Assembly (NCBI GenBank): GCA_036654455.1
Contig: JAVVRZ010000001.1
Span: forward strand, 343,332-407,331
DNA length: 64,000 bases
Origin: Clostridia bacterium
Lineage (GTDB): Bacteria > Bacillota > Clostridia > Christensenellales > CAG-314
Direction: 5' to 3'
Shown: positions 49,036 to 58,517 of the stretch, one piece after another
Numbering within the stretch: the stretch's first letter is position 1
How the letters are laid out: every line of letters begins with the position of its first letter
Translations under genes and position numbers: made by a program
The notes under the pieces: generated by a model
Database searches by the model: none
Told to the model about the DNA's origin: nothing
Seen by the model: the letters and a program-made list of their open reading frames with translations, nothing else

Positions 49036-49608
49036 TTAGGCTAATTCGATACCACGTTTTAACGCAAGTTTGTTTGCTTCGACAAACTTAGGTTTAACAT
49101 TTTCTTCAAGAATTATATCCCAGTTTATGTCGGTAAGTTGCATTTGACCGATTATAGCGCCCAACAAAACAATGTTCATAACCTTAGTGTTGCCAAGCTT
49201 TTCCGCCTCGACATTAGCCTCGATTATGGTTGCGTTAGAATGAGCCTTAATCTCCTCAATAATGCCCTTTGGATATTCCACAGCGCCAGAAGTAATTGGC
49301 GAACCCGGTATTTCGTAATCATTTACAACTATTTTGCCGTTTGGTTTAAGAAATGGCAAATATCTAAGGGCTTCCATCTTCTCAAAAGCTACGATTAAAT
49401 CAGCCGACCCCATCTCGATTACAGGCGAGAAAACTTCGTCTTTGCTGTAACGAACGTGAGTAACAACCGAACCGCCACGCTGGCTCATACCGTGTATCTC
49501 GCTCATTTTTACATCGTAACCTTCTTGTAATAGTCCTAATGTCAAAATTTTACTCGCAAGAATTGTGCCTTGACCGCCTACGCCAACTAATAAAATATTC
49601 TTTGTCAT
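49036..49608 (-). CDS. iorB: Indolepyruvate:ferredoxin oxidoreductase subunit beta
   Basis: I prefer ATG 49608 (MTKNILLVGVGGQGTILASK), with GAGG upstream. The gene lies directly after iorA. Confidence 0.85.
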   Translation of the reverse strand: MTKNILLVGVGGQGTILASKILTLGLLQEGYDVKMSEIHGMSQRGGSVVTHVRYSKDEVFSPVIEMGSADLIVAFEKMEALRYLPFLKPNGKIVVNDYEIPGSPITSGAVEYPKGIIEEIKAHSNATIIEANVEAEKLGNTKVMNIVLLGAIIGQMQLTDINWDIILEENVKPKFVEANKLALKRGIELA

Positions 49609-49623
49609 TACAATATACCTCAC

Positions 49624-51444
49624 TTATTCTATCGCGCCAAATTTGCAGATTTGCTTGCAAACTTGACAGCCGACACACATTTCGCTATTGATGGTAGCCT
49701 TTTTGTTGACTACGCATAGAGCCGGGCAACCTGACTTTAAACACATCTTGCAACCTACGCATTTATTTGCATCGATTGTACACTTAGTTGTAAAGGCTGT
49801 TGGAAATTCTTTTTTATCAAGTTCGCTGAATTTTTTAAGCAAACACGGGAATCTTGTAATAATAACTGAGGCTTCGTTGCTATTAAACGCCCAGTCAAGC
49901 GCTTCGTCAACTGCGCCAAGCACGTTAGGATTAACGGATTTAATACGAGTGATACCTAGCGCTTTTACAATATCTTCGATATTTGCGATAGAAGTAGGCT
50001 CATTTTGTAGGGTAAAACCAGTGCCGGGATTTTGTTGGTGACCGGTCATACCTGTAATACGATTGTCTAATATTACGGTAATATTGTTAGATTTGTTATA
50101 AACTACTTCGAGTAGCGAAGTCATACCGCTGTGGAAGAAAGTCGAGTCCCCTATTACCGAAACAACTCTACGGACGTTGCCTTCAACTTTATTAAAGGCT
50201 TGTTGCATACCTGCGCCCGAGCTTACGCTTGCTCCCATACAGTTATTAAAGTCCATTGCATTATAAGGCGGAGCAAATCCTAGCGTATAGCAACCGATAT
50301 CACCGGCTATAACTACGTTTTTGCGTTTGCCTAAGGAATAGAACAAACCTCTATGCGGGCAACCTGCGCAAAGCGCCGGCGGACGAGGTACGATTAAATC
50401 TTTATTGATTGTTTGAGCCGTTGGGGTGATGCCGTCGACTGCAAATTTAATAACGTCGGGTGTCAATTCGCCATAAGCGGGTAAGAAACGAGAACCGCTT
50501 GGAGCATATTTACCATAGCAAATATCAAGATGTCCTAAGGCTCTTACAGATTGTTCGATATATTCGTCATTTTCTTCTATTACATATACTTTATCGAGTT
50601 TGCTAACAAAAGAATTGATAAGTTCTTCGGGAATTGGGAATGAAAGACCTAATTTAAGATAATTTGCGTTGTCACCCCAAACTTCTTTTGCATAGTTATA
50701 GCACATACCCGAAGCAATTACGCCAATTTTTCTGCCGTTATCTTCGACTGTATTGACAGAACAATTATTTGTATACTCTTTAAGTTTGTCAAGCCTTGCT
50801 TCAAGGCTTACTCTAAGTTTGCGAGCGTTTGCAGGCACGCAAATAAATCTATTAGTATCTTTAACATAGGGTTTAATCGCTACTTCTTCACGAGGACACA
50901 ATGTAACAATACTCTTTGAGTGACATACTCTTGTAGTCATACGCATCATAACTACTTGACCAAATTCGTCAAAAATTTGATAGGCTAACTTGACCATATC
51001 TTTACACTCTTGCGAAGTTGAAGGTTCAAGCAACGGCATACGAGCCATCTTTGCGTAGTTACGGTTGTCTTGTTCGTTTTGAGATGAGTGCATACCGGGT
51101 TCGTCTGCGGTTAAAATAACAAGACCGCCAATAGTCGAACCATAAGAAACCGTCATAAGCGGGTCGGCAGCTACGTTCATACCAACGTGTTTCATACAGG
51201 CAAAAGCTCTTGCGCCGGCAGTTGCGCAACCGATAACAAATTCTACCGCAACTTTTTCGTTTGGCGCCCACTCGGCGTGAATTTCAGGGTAAGTAGCAAC
51301 ATTCTCTAATATTTCGGTGCTTGGAGTACCCGGATAAGCCGCCGCAAAATGAACGCCAGCCTCATAAACACCCCGAGCTATTGCTTCGTTACCTGTCATA
51401 AGTACACGACTCTGGTTGCTTGTCGTATCCATTTGTTTAGTCAT
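49624..51444 (-). CDS. iorA: Indolepyruvate:ferredoxin oxidoreductase subunit alpha
   Basis: 606 aa with a TPP-binding region (GDIGCY, GDSTFFHSG) and two C-terminal 4Fe-4S motifs, CVGCKMCLKSGCP and CVGCQVCKQIC. Confidence 0.88.
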   Translation of the reverse strand: MTKQMDTTSNQSRVLMTGNEAIARGVYEAGVHFAAAYPGTPSTEILENVATYPEIHAEWAPNEKVAVEFVIGCATAGARAFACMKHVGMNVAADPLMTVSYGSTIGGLVILTADEPGMHSSQNEQDNRNYAKMARMPLLEPSTSQECKDMVKLAYQIFDEFGQVVMMRMTTRVCHSKSIVTLCPREEVAIKPYVKDTNRFICVPANARKLRVSLEARLDKLKEYTNNCSVNTVEDNGRKIGVIASGMCYNYAKEVWGDNANYLKLGLSFPIPEELINSFVSKLDKVYVIEENDEYIEQSVRALGHLDICYGKYAPSGSRFLPAYGELTPDVIKFAVDGITPTAQTINKDLIVPRPPALCAGCPHRGLFYSLGKRKNVVIAGDIGCYTLGFAPPYNAMDFNNCMGASVSSGAGMQQAFNKVEGNVRRVVSVIGDSTFFHSGMTSLLEVVYNKSNNITVILDNRITGMTGHQQNPGTGFTLQNEPTSIANIEDIVKALGITRIKSVNPNVLGAVDEALDWAFNSNEASVIITRFPCLLKKFSELDKKEFPTAFTTKCTIDANKCVGCKMCLKSGCPALCVVNKKATINSEMCVGCQVCKQICKFGAIE

Positions 51445-51499
51445 TACTATTCCTCCAAATGTATTTTTGGGAAAAATACATTATAATCCCAACATTTTT

Positions 51500-51528
51500 A
51501 TTATATAATACCCTTACGTTTTTGTCAA
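51500..51528 (-). promoter_or_regulatory. Consensus sigma-70-type promoter for iorAB
   Basis: Minus strand reads TTGACA, 17 nt, TATAAT. Confidence 0.6.
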
Positions 51529-51773
51529 GAATACTGTAAAAAAGAAATATATTGTTTTAAAACTATATCTAAAAAAACCATTAAAAACAGCAACAAAATA
51601 TTGCATTTATGTTTTAAAAATCTAAAATTTTAATAAATTAGTTATAAATTGTTAAAATGTGAAATTTAGCCTAAAAGCAAAATTTAAGTAATATTACGGC
51701 ATTTAATTATGAAATAATAACTAATATACTTAACTTCACGCCAAAAGCGATAATATAAATTTAAACGAAGTCA

Positions 51774-51810
51774 TTAAAAAAGATGCGTAGAAAATTATCT
51801 CTACGCATCT
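51774..51810 (-). terminator. Rho-independent terminator after the DUF885 lipoprotein gene
   Basis: agatgcgtaga pairs with tctacgcatct (11 bp), followed by a T-run on the minus strand. Confidence 0.7.
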
Positions 51811-51867
51811 AAATTTTAGATTAACAAATAAGTTAATACTTAACTATTGCTTTACCAAAGTATAGTT

Positions 51868-54800
51868 TTAATATCCAATTCCCTTTGTTTGTAGTACGTA
51901 TTTGTACACTGCTTCCCAAACAAACTCAAATTGCGAAGGACCTGCGTCAAGTAAAACAGTGTTAAATGCTTTGGCTACAAATAAGTTGCCAAGTTCCTTT
52001 TCCGCATACTTTCTCATCTTGTAAAATTCGTGATAACCAAGATAATATTGTAAGTATGTAGCCGGCGAAGAAACAACTGACTTAAATACTTGTGGAGCAA
52101 TAGAGTCGTTAAGTCCGTTGGTTGCTAAGAAATTGCTAACTTTCGCTAAATCCCAACCATAGTAGTTTACGCCCATATCGATAATACTAAATACCGATAG
52201 GTTTACAAGAGTCATAATTTGTCCCATTCTTGAAACTACATAGTCGAATTCGCCAAAGTCGAACATATCGTATGATTGCAATTCTACATAAACAGCCCAA
52301 CCTTCGGCATAGCCATTAAAGCTTAAAACGCTACGCATCTCGTGGGGATTAGTATTAAAGAAGTAAACGTTCTGGAATAAGTGTCCCGGGAAACCTTCGT
52401 GAGCAAGCGTTGAGAATAACGAAGTATCGTCAACTTGTCCTCTATTGATGTAGATTGTGTTGTTAAAGCAATCGTCAATCGGGGGAATCATATAGAATGC
52501 CGGCGACAAAGATTCTTCTAACGCAGGGTGAACTTCTCTTACTACATAATTATTTTTAGGTAAGTCTGGGAAATCTCTTTTAGCAAGTTGTTCAAGTTGA
52601 GCAAGAATAGCTTCGGGCTCCATGTGACCAAAGTCGGTATTGTGCGCTCTATAATATGCCCAACCTTCTGGGTCTAGCGAACTCATATTTACCCATTCTC
52701 TACGAATGCTTTCCCAGTCAGCCATCATATAGTCAAATAATTCGGGGATAGGAGTATCAATACCGGTCTTATATTTAACTCTATATGTATAGTAATCAAT
52801 ACCTCTTTCAAGGTTGCAGTAACCGCCATCGTTTACGCCCTTGCCCTTAAATACTTCTAGTCCGGAGATAAGTAATTTATAAGCGGGCACAACATAGTTA
52901 GCAAATACGTCTAAGTGTTGAGCTACATAATTAGCTTTGGCTTCTGCTGTAAGTCCGGCAACATCATTTAATTTTGTCTCAAATGTTAAAATTAAGTAAT
53001 TTGTCTTTTGGTCTTTGATAAAGTCTTGGCATTGACCGATAGCTTCTTTAAGCGTGCTATCCATTAAGCCTAGTCCCTTAGTTACTCTTACCGCTTCGTA
53101 ATCAAGACACTGTTGGAAGAAGGTAGGAAGGTCTTTAAGCAAAGCTAGGTAATCTGTAATATCTTTCTCAACATAGAATTTATACTCTGCAAAGTTAATA
53201 GGCATATTATTTTGTATACCGCCTATTGAGTCAAAGTAAGTGCTGTAATACTCTAAGCCCGTAGTTGTTAAATTTAGCTCTAAGTATTTAATTAGTATTT
53301 TTTGAATTAAGATTTGCTCGGCGTTAAGTTGTAAATAATTATAAGCTCTAATTTCTTCGATAAACGCTCTAAGCTCGGCTTCTCCGCCTTCAATCTCGGT
53401 TAAATCGACCGAATACATCATTGGAGGTAGGTCGGCTAAGGAGTTATACTTTTCATAACCCGGTAAATGAGAAATCTTATAAGCGGTTGGGTCTTTTAAG
53501 GTATAGTGAAGATTAACCGTGCTACCAATCATTTCGTACAAGAATTGATTGTCGAGATACGCTTCAAAATTCTTTTCAAGTTCGGTAGTAGCTAGCGTTG
53601 TAAAGTCGGCGACCTTAACGGATACGCTTGGCATATTGCCATTTGCGTCCATTGCGGTGCGAACTCTAAGTTCGTATGCGGTTGACCTTTCTAACCACGT
53701 AAATATAACTTCGCCATTCTTGTCAGGTTCATAGAAACCTTCGACTAACTTGCCATTCTTGTATACGCCATATTCTAACTTAACATCGGTAGCTTTAATT
53801 TTTAAAGTTACAATACCGGTAGATATGTTAGCAGGGGCAATTACTGCTTGCTCTGCGGTAGGCGCATCAAGAACAATTTTTGTTGTGTAAATTCCTACGT
53901 CAGCTTCGTAGCCGGCTAAGTTGTCGCCTATTGCGCCGATACGAGCCTTAATGGTATATGTTACGTTAGGTGTAAGACCGGTAAATGTTACAAGTCCGTC
54001 TACTGGCGAAATATAACTGCCGATTAACACATTATTTAAATAAATACCATATTCAAGCCTTAAATGAGGCGCGCGTAGAGTCATTGTAGTGTCTGTCGCA
54101 GTTATGTCTTCGTCTGTAATTTTAATTTGCTCGGGCGTAGGAGCGGCAGGTTTTACTTTAATTTGAATTGTAATTACAAACACAGTCGCCGAACCGTTAG
54201 CAACGTCGCTTGAAGCATAACGAGCGTAAATTGTATACTCTTGATTGTTAGATAAATCTTCCCAAACAATAACTCCATTTTTTGCTACTGTAAACGGGGT
54301 GATAATCAATTTGCCTTGATACAAAGCATATTCGAGAGTTGCATTAGGAACCTTAAATGTAATTGTTGAAACATTAACAATCTTCTCTTGTGTGGTAACT
54401 ACCATACTTGCAGTAGGAGCTACGGCAGAAGGAGAGGTTGTAACTTCAAGAACTTTTACAGGGTTACTTGGACTTAATTTTCTCGTACCAGGAGTGCGAG
54501 CGTAAATTGTATATTTAGTTCCGTTAGTAAGTTTGGTCCAGTTCATTAATCCGTCGGTTGCGGTGTTAAAGTCGGCTACTACGCCACTAGCGTCATATAT
54601 TGCATACTCGAACATAATGTGTGGAACGATATATGTAATACTTGTTGCGTCAACCATAACGTTGCCCGAGGTCGAAGCAATTTCTTCAAGCTTAGGAGGT
54701 CTATTCGGGGCGGTAGCAAGCGTTGTTACTTGCATAACTATTACGTCGGCGCTTGCAGTTTTATCTGCTGTTTGCGCAAAGCGAGCGTGAATAACATAAG

Positions 54801-55350
54801 TAGTGCTTGGCGTCAATTCGCTCCAAACAATAATGCCATTTTCGCCTTTTGTAAAGCCTGCGATAGCGACTTGCTCGTTATATAGAGCGTACTCAATCTC
54901 GGGGTTAGTGATTGTAAGTTTAATGCTCCTATCAGCAATCGCTAAGTTAGAAATTTCCGGCTTAGCAGTAGCTACGTCGGGCGCAGTTCTAGCTGTCTTA
55001 AAGGCAATTACCACAACAGCTTCGCTAGCTAAATATTTTCCGCTTGCGGGAACTCTCGCCTTAATTGTGTAATCAGTATCTACGGTAAGGTTGGTAAATG
55101 TAACTTTACCCTCAGTTACAGATTGGTATTGGCTTACTGCTTGTTCTCCGCCGAATACTGCATACTCTAAATCGGCTTTTGGCGCTGTTAAAACAACGTT
55201 ATCAGTACCGATTACAAGTTTGTCGGCAGTTGTAGCAACGTCTTCTGCGGTTGGAGTTTGGGCAATTTTTGGTGCGCAAGCCATCAACATTGGAAGAACC
55301 ATTGTCAAACAAAGCGCAAGCGCTATTAACTTGATAAATCTTCTCTTCAT
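51868..55350 (-). CDS. Large lipoprotein: six tandem Ig/FN3-like repeats fused to a C-terminal DUF885-type (metallopeptidase-like) domain
   Basis: 1160 aa with lipobox LPMLMAC (Cys25) and six repeats of about 93 aa. The C-terminal half carries LAHEGFPGHLFQ, as in DUF885 HExxPGHH. Confidence 0.75.
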   Translation of the reverse strand: MKRRFIKLIALALCLTMVLPMLMACAPKIAQTPTAEDVATTADKLVIGTDNVVLTAPKADLEYAVFGGEQAVSQYQSVTEGKVTFTNLTVDTDYTIKARVPASGKYLASEAVVVIAFKTARTAPDVATAKPEISNLAIADRSIKLTITNPEIEYALYNEQVAIAGFTKGENGIIVWSELTPSTTYVIHARFAQTADKTASADVIVMQVTTLATAPNRPPKLEEIASTSGNVMVDATSITYIVPHIMFEYAIYDASGVVADFNTATDGLMNWTKLTNGTKYTIYARTPGTRKLSPSNPVKVLEVTTSPSAVAPTASMVVTTQEKIVNVSTITFKVPNATLEYALYQGKLIITPFTVAKNGVIVWEDLSNNQEYTIYARYASSDVANGSATVFVITIQIKVKPAAPTPEQIKITDEDITATDTTMTLRAPHLRLEYGIYLNNVLIGSYISPVDGLVTFTGLTPNVTYTIKARIGAIGDNLAGYEADVGIYTTKIVLDAPTAEQAVIAPANISTGIVTLKIKATDVKLEYGVYKNGKLVEGFYEPDKNGEVIFTWLERSTAYELRVRTAMDANGNMPSVSVKVADFTTLATTELEKNFEAYLDNQFLYEMIGSTVNLHYTLKDPTAYKISHLPGYEKYNSLADLPPMMYSVDLTEIEGGEAELRAFIEEIRAYNYLQLNAEQILIQKILIKYLELNLTTTGLEYYSTYFDSIGGIQNNMPINFAEYKFYVEKDITDYLALLKDLPTFFQQCLDYEAVRVTKGLGLMDSTLKEAIGQCQDFIKDQKTNYLILTFETKLNDVAGLTAEAKANYVAQHLDVFANYVVPAYKLLISGLEVFKGKGVNDGGYCNLERGIDYYTYRVKYKTGIDTPIPELFDYMMADWESIRREWVNMSSLDPEGWAYYRAHNTDFGHMEPEAILAQLEQLAKRDFPDLPKNNYVVREVHPALEESLSPAFYMIPPIDDCFNNTIYINRGQVDDTSLFSTLAHEGFPGHLFQNVYFFNTNPHEMRSVLSFNGYAEGWAVYVELQSYDMFDFGEFDYVVSRMGQIMTLVNLSVFSIIDMGVNYYGWDLAKVSNFLATNGLNDSIAPQVFKSVVSSPATYLQYYLGYHEFYKMRKYAEKELGNLFVAKAFNTVLLDAGPSQFEFVWEAVYKYVLQTKGIGY
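53590..55254 (-). repeat. Six in-frame tandem repeats of about 279 nt (about 93 aa), diverged
   Basis: The recurrent core is LEY(A/G)(V/I/L)Y...G(x)(V/I)(x)(F/W)(x)xL(T/S)xxxxY(T/V)I(K/H/Y)AR, with EY at aa 62, 153, 248, 340, 433 and 526. Confidence 0.75.
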
Positions 55351-55376
55351 TTTCTACTCCTTCTAATAATATTTGT

Positions 55377-55408
55377 AAAAAGAACTTAGCTAATAAGTTG
55401 CTCGTTCT
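55377..55408 (-). terminator. Weak terminator-like hairpin after the rubrerythrin gene
   Basis: Minus strand agaac...gttct with an inner agc/gct pairing, followed by TTTT. Confidence 0.3.
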
Positions 55409-55478
55409 AATTATATTAATAAATACTCAAAACTTAACAATTTATATAATAGAGTTATACTAAATTGTGTCTAACCGA

Positions 55479-56012
55479 TTAAAAATTGCTACTTTTTAGT
55501 TCGAAATAACTCTTTGGGTGGTCACAACAAGGACAAGCCTCAGGGGCGACTTTGCCTTTAAATACATATCCGCAATTACGGCAAACCCAAATTTGTTCTT
55601 CTTCTCTTTCAAAAACCATAGCTTGGGCAATATTTTTAGCTAATTGGCGATATCTATGTTCGTGTTCCTTTTCTACGCTTGCGACAAGTCTAAACTTTGC
55701 AGATATGCGAGTAAAGCCTTCTTCCTTTGCTTCTTTGGCAAATTGCTCGTACATATCGCTCCATTCGTAGTTTTCGCCGTCGGCTGCGCCGAGTAAATTC
55801 TGCTCGGTCGAATCAATACCGTGAAATTCCTTAAACCACATTTTTGCGTGTTCTTTTTCGTTTAACGCAGTTGACGCAAAAATCTCGGCAATTTGTTCAA
55901 ACCCATCTTTTTTAGCTTGGGAAGCAAAATAATCGTACTTGTTTCTTGCTTGCGACTCCCCAGCAAATGCCGTCATTAAATTTTTTTCGGTTTTACTACC
56001 CTTTAATTCCAT
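55479..56012 (-). CDS. rbr: Rubrerythrin
   Basis: 177 aa with [23 protein letters not shown] (twice), and the C-terminal rubredoxin-like CRNCGY...CPCCDHP. Confidence 0.9.
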   Translation of the reverse strand: MELKGSKTEKNLMTAFAGESQARNKYDYFASQAKKDGFEQIAEIFASTALNEKEHAKMWFKEFHGIDSTEQNLLGAADGENYEWSDMYEQFAKEAKEEGFTRISAKFRLVASVEKEHEHRYRQLAKNIAQAMVFEREEEQIWVCRNCGYVFKGKVAPEACPCCDHPKSYFELKSSNF

Positions 56013-56049
56013 ATTACTACCTCCAATTATAAATAATTATATTATTTAA

Positions 56050-56078
56050 ATAATAAAACATTTATAACTAAAAGTCAA
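56050..56078 (-). promoter_or_regulatory. Candidate rubrerythrin promoter
   Basis: Minus strand reads TTGACT, 17 nt, TATTAT. Confidence 0.4.
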
Positions 56079-56187
56079 TACTAATTATAAATTTTTATCT
56101 AAGGCTACCGTTATTATAATAAAATGTAACTAAAAATTTGCATATTGATACTTAAATAACAATCTACAAATTAAATATGCTTGAATA

Positions 56188-56216
56188 TTGACAACTTAGT
56201 TTATGTGTGTTATATT
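56188..56216 (+). promoter_or_regulatory. Sigma-70-type promoter (extended -10) for the GNAT gene
   Basis: TTGACA, 17 nt, TGtTATATT. It lies inside the track's upstream ORF extension. Confidence 0.5.
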
Positions 56217-56240
56217 TGTAAAAATGCTAAGGAAGAATTT

Positions 56241-56777
56241 ATGCAAACTTTAATTACCGACAACTTAATATTAAGAGATTTTTCTCTTGGCGACGCTTGC
56301 GACGTATACGAATATGCGCAACTAGACTGCGTAGGTAGCCGGGCAGGTTGGAAACCTCACAAAAGCCTAGACGAAAGCCTAGCAATTGTCAAAAATTTTA
56401 TTTTAGAACAAGAAGTATGGGCAATTTGTCTTAAACAAACTGGAAAAGTAATAGGAAGCGTTGGTTTACACAAAGTTAATCGAGATACGGGCGACTACAA
56501 AGTTTGTTATATGGGTTACGTTCTAAATCCTTGCTACTGGGGCAAGGGTTACGCTACGCAAGCGGGTAAAGCGGTGCAAGAATACGCCTTTAAAATTGCA
56601 AAGGTCAATATGCTGTCGGTTACTCACTTCGAACCAAACATTCAATCAAAAAGAGTAATTCAAAAGTTGCAATTTAATTTTGAAGCCAAGCTAAGAAATT
56701 ACGGTCTGTACGAAGGAAAGCTTTGCAATCATTGCATTTATTCGCTTACAAAAGAAGAATTTTTTGCATTAAATTAA
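56241..56777 (+). CDS. GNAT-family N-acetyltransferase (RimJ/RimL-like)
   Basis: I prefer ATG 56241 (MQTLITDNLILRDF), with AAGGAAG upstream. The motifs YWGKGYATQA and the following region fit the acetyl-CoA binding site. Confidence 0.75.
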   Translation: MQTLITDNLILRDFSLGDACDVYEYAQLDCVGSRAGWKPHKSLDESLAIVKNFILEQEVWAICLKQTGKVIGSVGLHKVNRDTGDYKVCYMGYVLNPCYWGKGYATQAGKAVQEYAFKIAKVNMLSVTHFEPNIQSKRVIQKLQFNFEAKLRNYGLYEGKLCNHCIYSLTKEEFFALN

Positions 56778-56851
56778 ATATTTACCCCAAATTACATATT
56801 AAACTTAAAACTATCTTTAAATTATTAGCTTACAAATTCTTTTATTTTAAT

Positions 56852-56881
56852 AAAAAAAGACGGAACTTCCGTCTTTTTTTA
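56852..56881. terminator. Bidirectional rho-independent terminator between convergent genes
   Basis: aaagacgga pairs with tccgtcttt around a 3-nt loop, with an A-run before and a T-run after. Confidence 0.65.
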
Positions 56882-56953
56882 CTTTTATTTGTTTGCTAAC
56901 GTTGACTCTGCCTTTACTTTTATTCGCTAACATTGACTTTACTTATAAACTAA

Positions 56954-57859
56954 TTACACCTTTTTAAGAATATCTAGGTATTTGCCGATATTTGCAGTTT
57001 TATCTATTATAGGTATTATTTTATTTGTTCTACACGTCATTATTGTAGTTACGCCCGGGCCGTGACCGCTTAACAAACAGTCGCTATGCACAATAACGCC
57101 AATCGAACAAGCAGAGCCTAAATAACCCCTACCGTAATAGTTATCGCAATCTTGCAAATAAACAATATCGCCAAACTTTAAATCTTGTAAGTCTAACTCG
57201 GCTAACTTTTGCTTGTCGGCGGTCATTATATCGTAGTCGCCACTTTGCGCTTGACTGCCTATACCGCTACCCATAAGATATGCCGGCACAATAGCCGTAA
57301 CCGCAACGACAATGCCTTGTTCGCTTGGATTGATGCTAAGTTTTTCAAACAAGTTAGGGTCGATATTCATTATTTTAATATCTTCATAATTTTTAAGTTG
57401 AAGTCCTTGTCCGTAAGACCTAATTTGTATTTTGTCGCCAATACAGAGCTTGTCAAGAGTATCTAAGTTAAACCAAACAAGCGTATGTTCAATTCCGCCG
57501 TGAGTGCCTGTAACATAGCCCTTGTCGCCCTTTGCTTCGCCCGACATTACAACTGCGACGTTGCCAATACAAGAAAGAAAGTTAAGGGCTAAATTTTCTT
57601 CGGCTAATGGATTTTGTATAGACACGCCGGGTTCGATATGGTCGCCAGCCAAACCGTATACGCTGTCGCCAATGCTTACGTTATAACAAATACCGCCTAC
57701 GCTAGGCAGGGTAAAAGGAACGCCCTCAAATGACACTTTAAGACTTGTCCCACGTACGGTTGGAGAATGAACTACGCCAATTACCGACTGCATAACTAAT
57801 TTATCTTTATTTGTAGTCAAGTCCAAAAGACTTGTGGGTTGCTTTGTTGCGTTAGACAT
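56954..57859 (-). CDS. Conserved hypothetical protein (DUF4438-like by recollection)
   Basis: 301 aa with an AGGAG RBS. The motif SVGGICYNVSIGDSVYGLAGDHIEPGVS resembles what I remember of DUF4438 proteins. Confidence 0.4.
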   Translation of the reverse strand: MSNATKQPTSLLDLTTNKDKLVMQSVIGVVHSPTVRGTSLKVSFEGVPFTLPSVGGICYNVSIGDSVYGLAGDHIEPGVSIQNPLAEENLALNFLSCIGNVAVVMSGEAKGDKGYVTGTHGGIEHTLVWFNLDTLDKLCIGDKIQIRSYGQGLQLKNYEDIKIMNIDPNLFEKLSINPSEQGIVVAVTAIVPAYLMGSGIGSQAQSGDYDIMTADKQKLAELDLQDLKFGDIVYLQDCDNYYGRGYLGSACSIGVIVHSDCLLSGHGPGVTTIMTCRTNKIIPIIDKTANIGKYLDILKKV

Positions 57860-57896
57860 AAAAATTGCTCCTTTATCTTTTATTTATTTACTGCGT

Positions 57897-58517
57897 TTAT
57901 TGAACTACTTTAAATACTCCAAACACAATTATGCCAACTAAGGCAGAGCCTATTAGTAAAATTATAGGGCTAATACGTTTCTTTTTGACCTTAATAAAAG
58001 AAAGCCCTAGAAATACACAGAATATTATAAGCGAAACATAGTTAAATTGTGAAAATCCGCTTGAAACAATATTAGTAAAGTCTAGCTTAGGAAGTACAAC
58101 GCTTGCAAGAATTGTAAGTATTGCCGAACAAATTAATCCTAGCACAACGGGACGAACTCCGCTCATATAACCTTTAACAAGCGTACTATTGCTAAATTTT
58201 CTAATAAACACGCATACAAGCAACATTATTATAAAAGAAGGAAGAACCACGCCAAACGTTGCGACAAGCGCCCCCATATAACCCGCAAAAATAGAATTGT
58301 ACGCCTCTTTGCAAGCGCTCATACCCACAAAAGTAGCAAGGTTGATTGCAAAAGGGCCGGGCGTTGATTCGGCTACCGCCATCATATTGAGAAAAAGTTC
58401 CTCGCTAATGTAAACGCCGACAATTTCTTGTCTAATTAAGGGAATCATTGCGTATCCGCCACCGATTGTAAAAAGCCCTATCTTAAAATAGTCCCAAAAT
58501 AATTGTAAAAAAATCAT
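57897..58517 (-). CDS. Chromate transporter (CHR) family half-size protein, second of a pair
   Basis: 206 aa with FKIGLFTIGGGYAMIPLI. Its ATG overlaps the upstream stop (ATGA). Confidence 0.8.
   Translation of the reverse strand: MIFLQLFWDYFKIGLFTIGGGYAMIPLIRQEIVGVYISEELFLNMMAVAESTPGPFAINLATFVGMSACKEAYNSIFAGYMGALVATFGVVLPSFIIMLLVCVFIRKFSNSTLVKGYMSGVRPVVLGLICSAILTILASVVLPKLDFTNIVSSGFSQFNYVSLIIFCVFLGLSFIKVKKKRISPIILLIGSALVGIIVFGVFKVVQ

Noticed and set aside
53549-55366. Five plus-strand ORFs (61-91 aa) opposite the DUF885 lipoprotein gene
   Set aside because: These are antisense shadows generated by the repetitive, Ala/Thr/Val-rich coding repeats. They have no RBSs, and they overlap one another in different frames.
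56024-56122. PerR/Fur-like AT palindromes near the rubrerythrin promoter (TATAATTATTTATAAT in the 5' UTR; TTATTATAATAA at 56111-56122)
   Set aside because: The biology is plausible because rbr is a PerR target in clostridia. However, neither site fits the 7-1-7 TTATAATNATTATAA box without an indel, and such matches are expected by chance in this AT-rich spacer.
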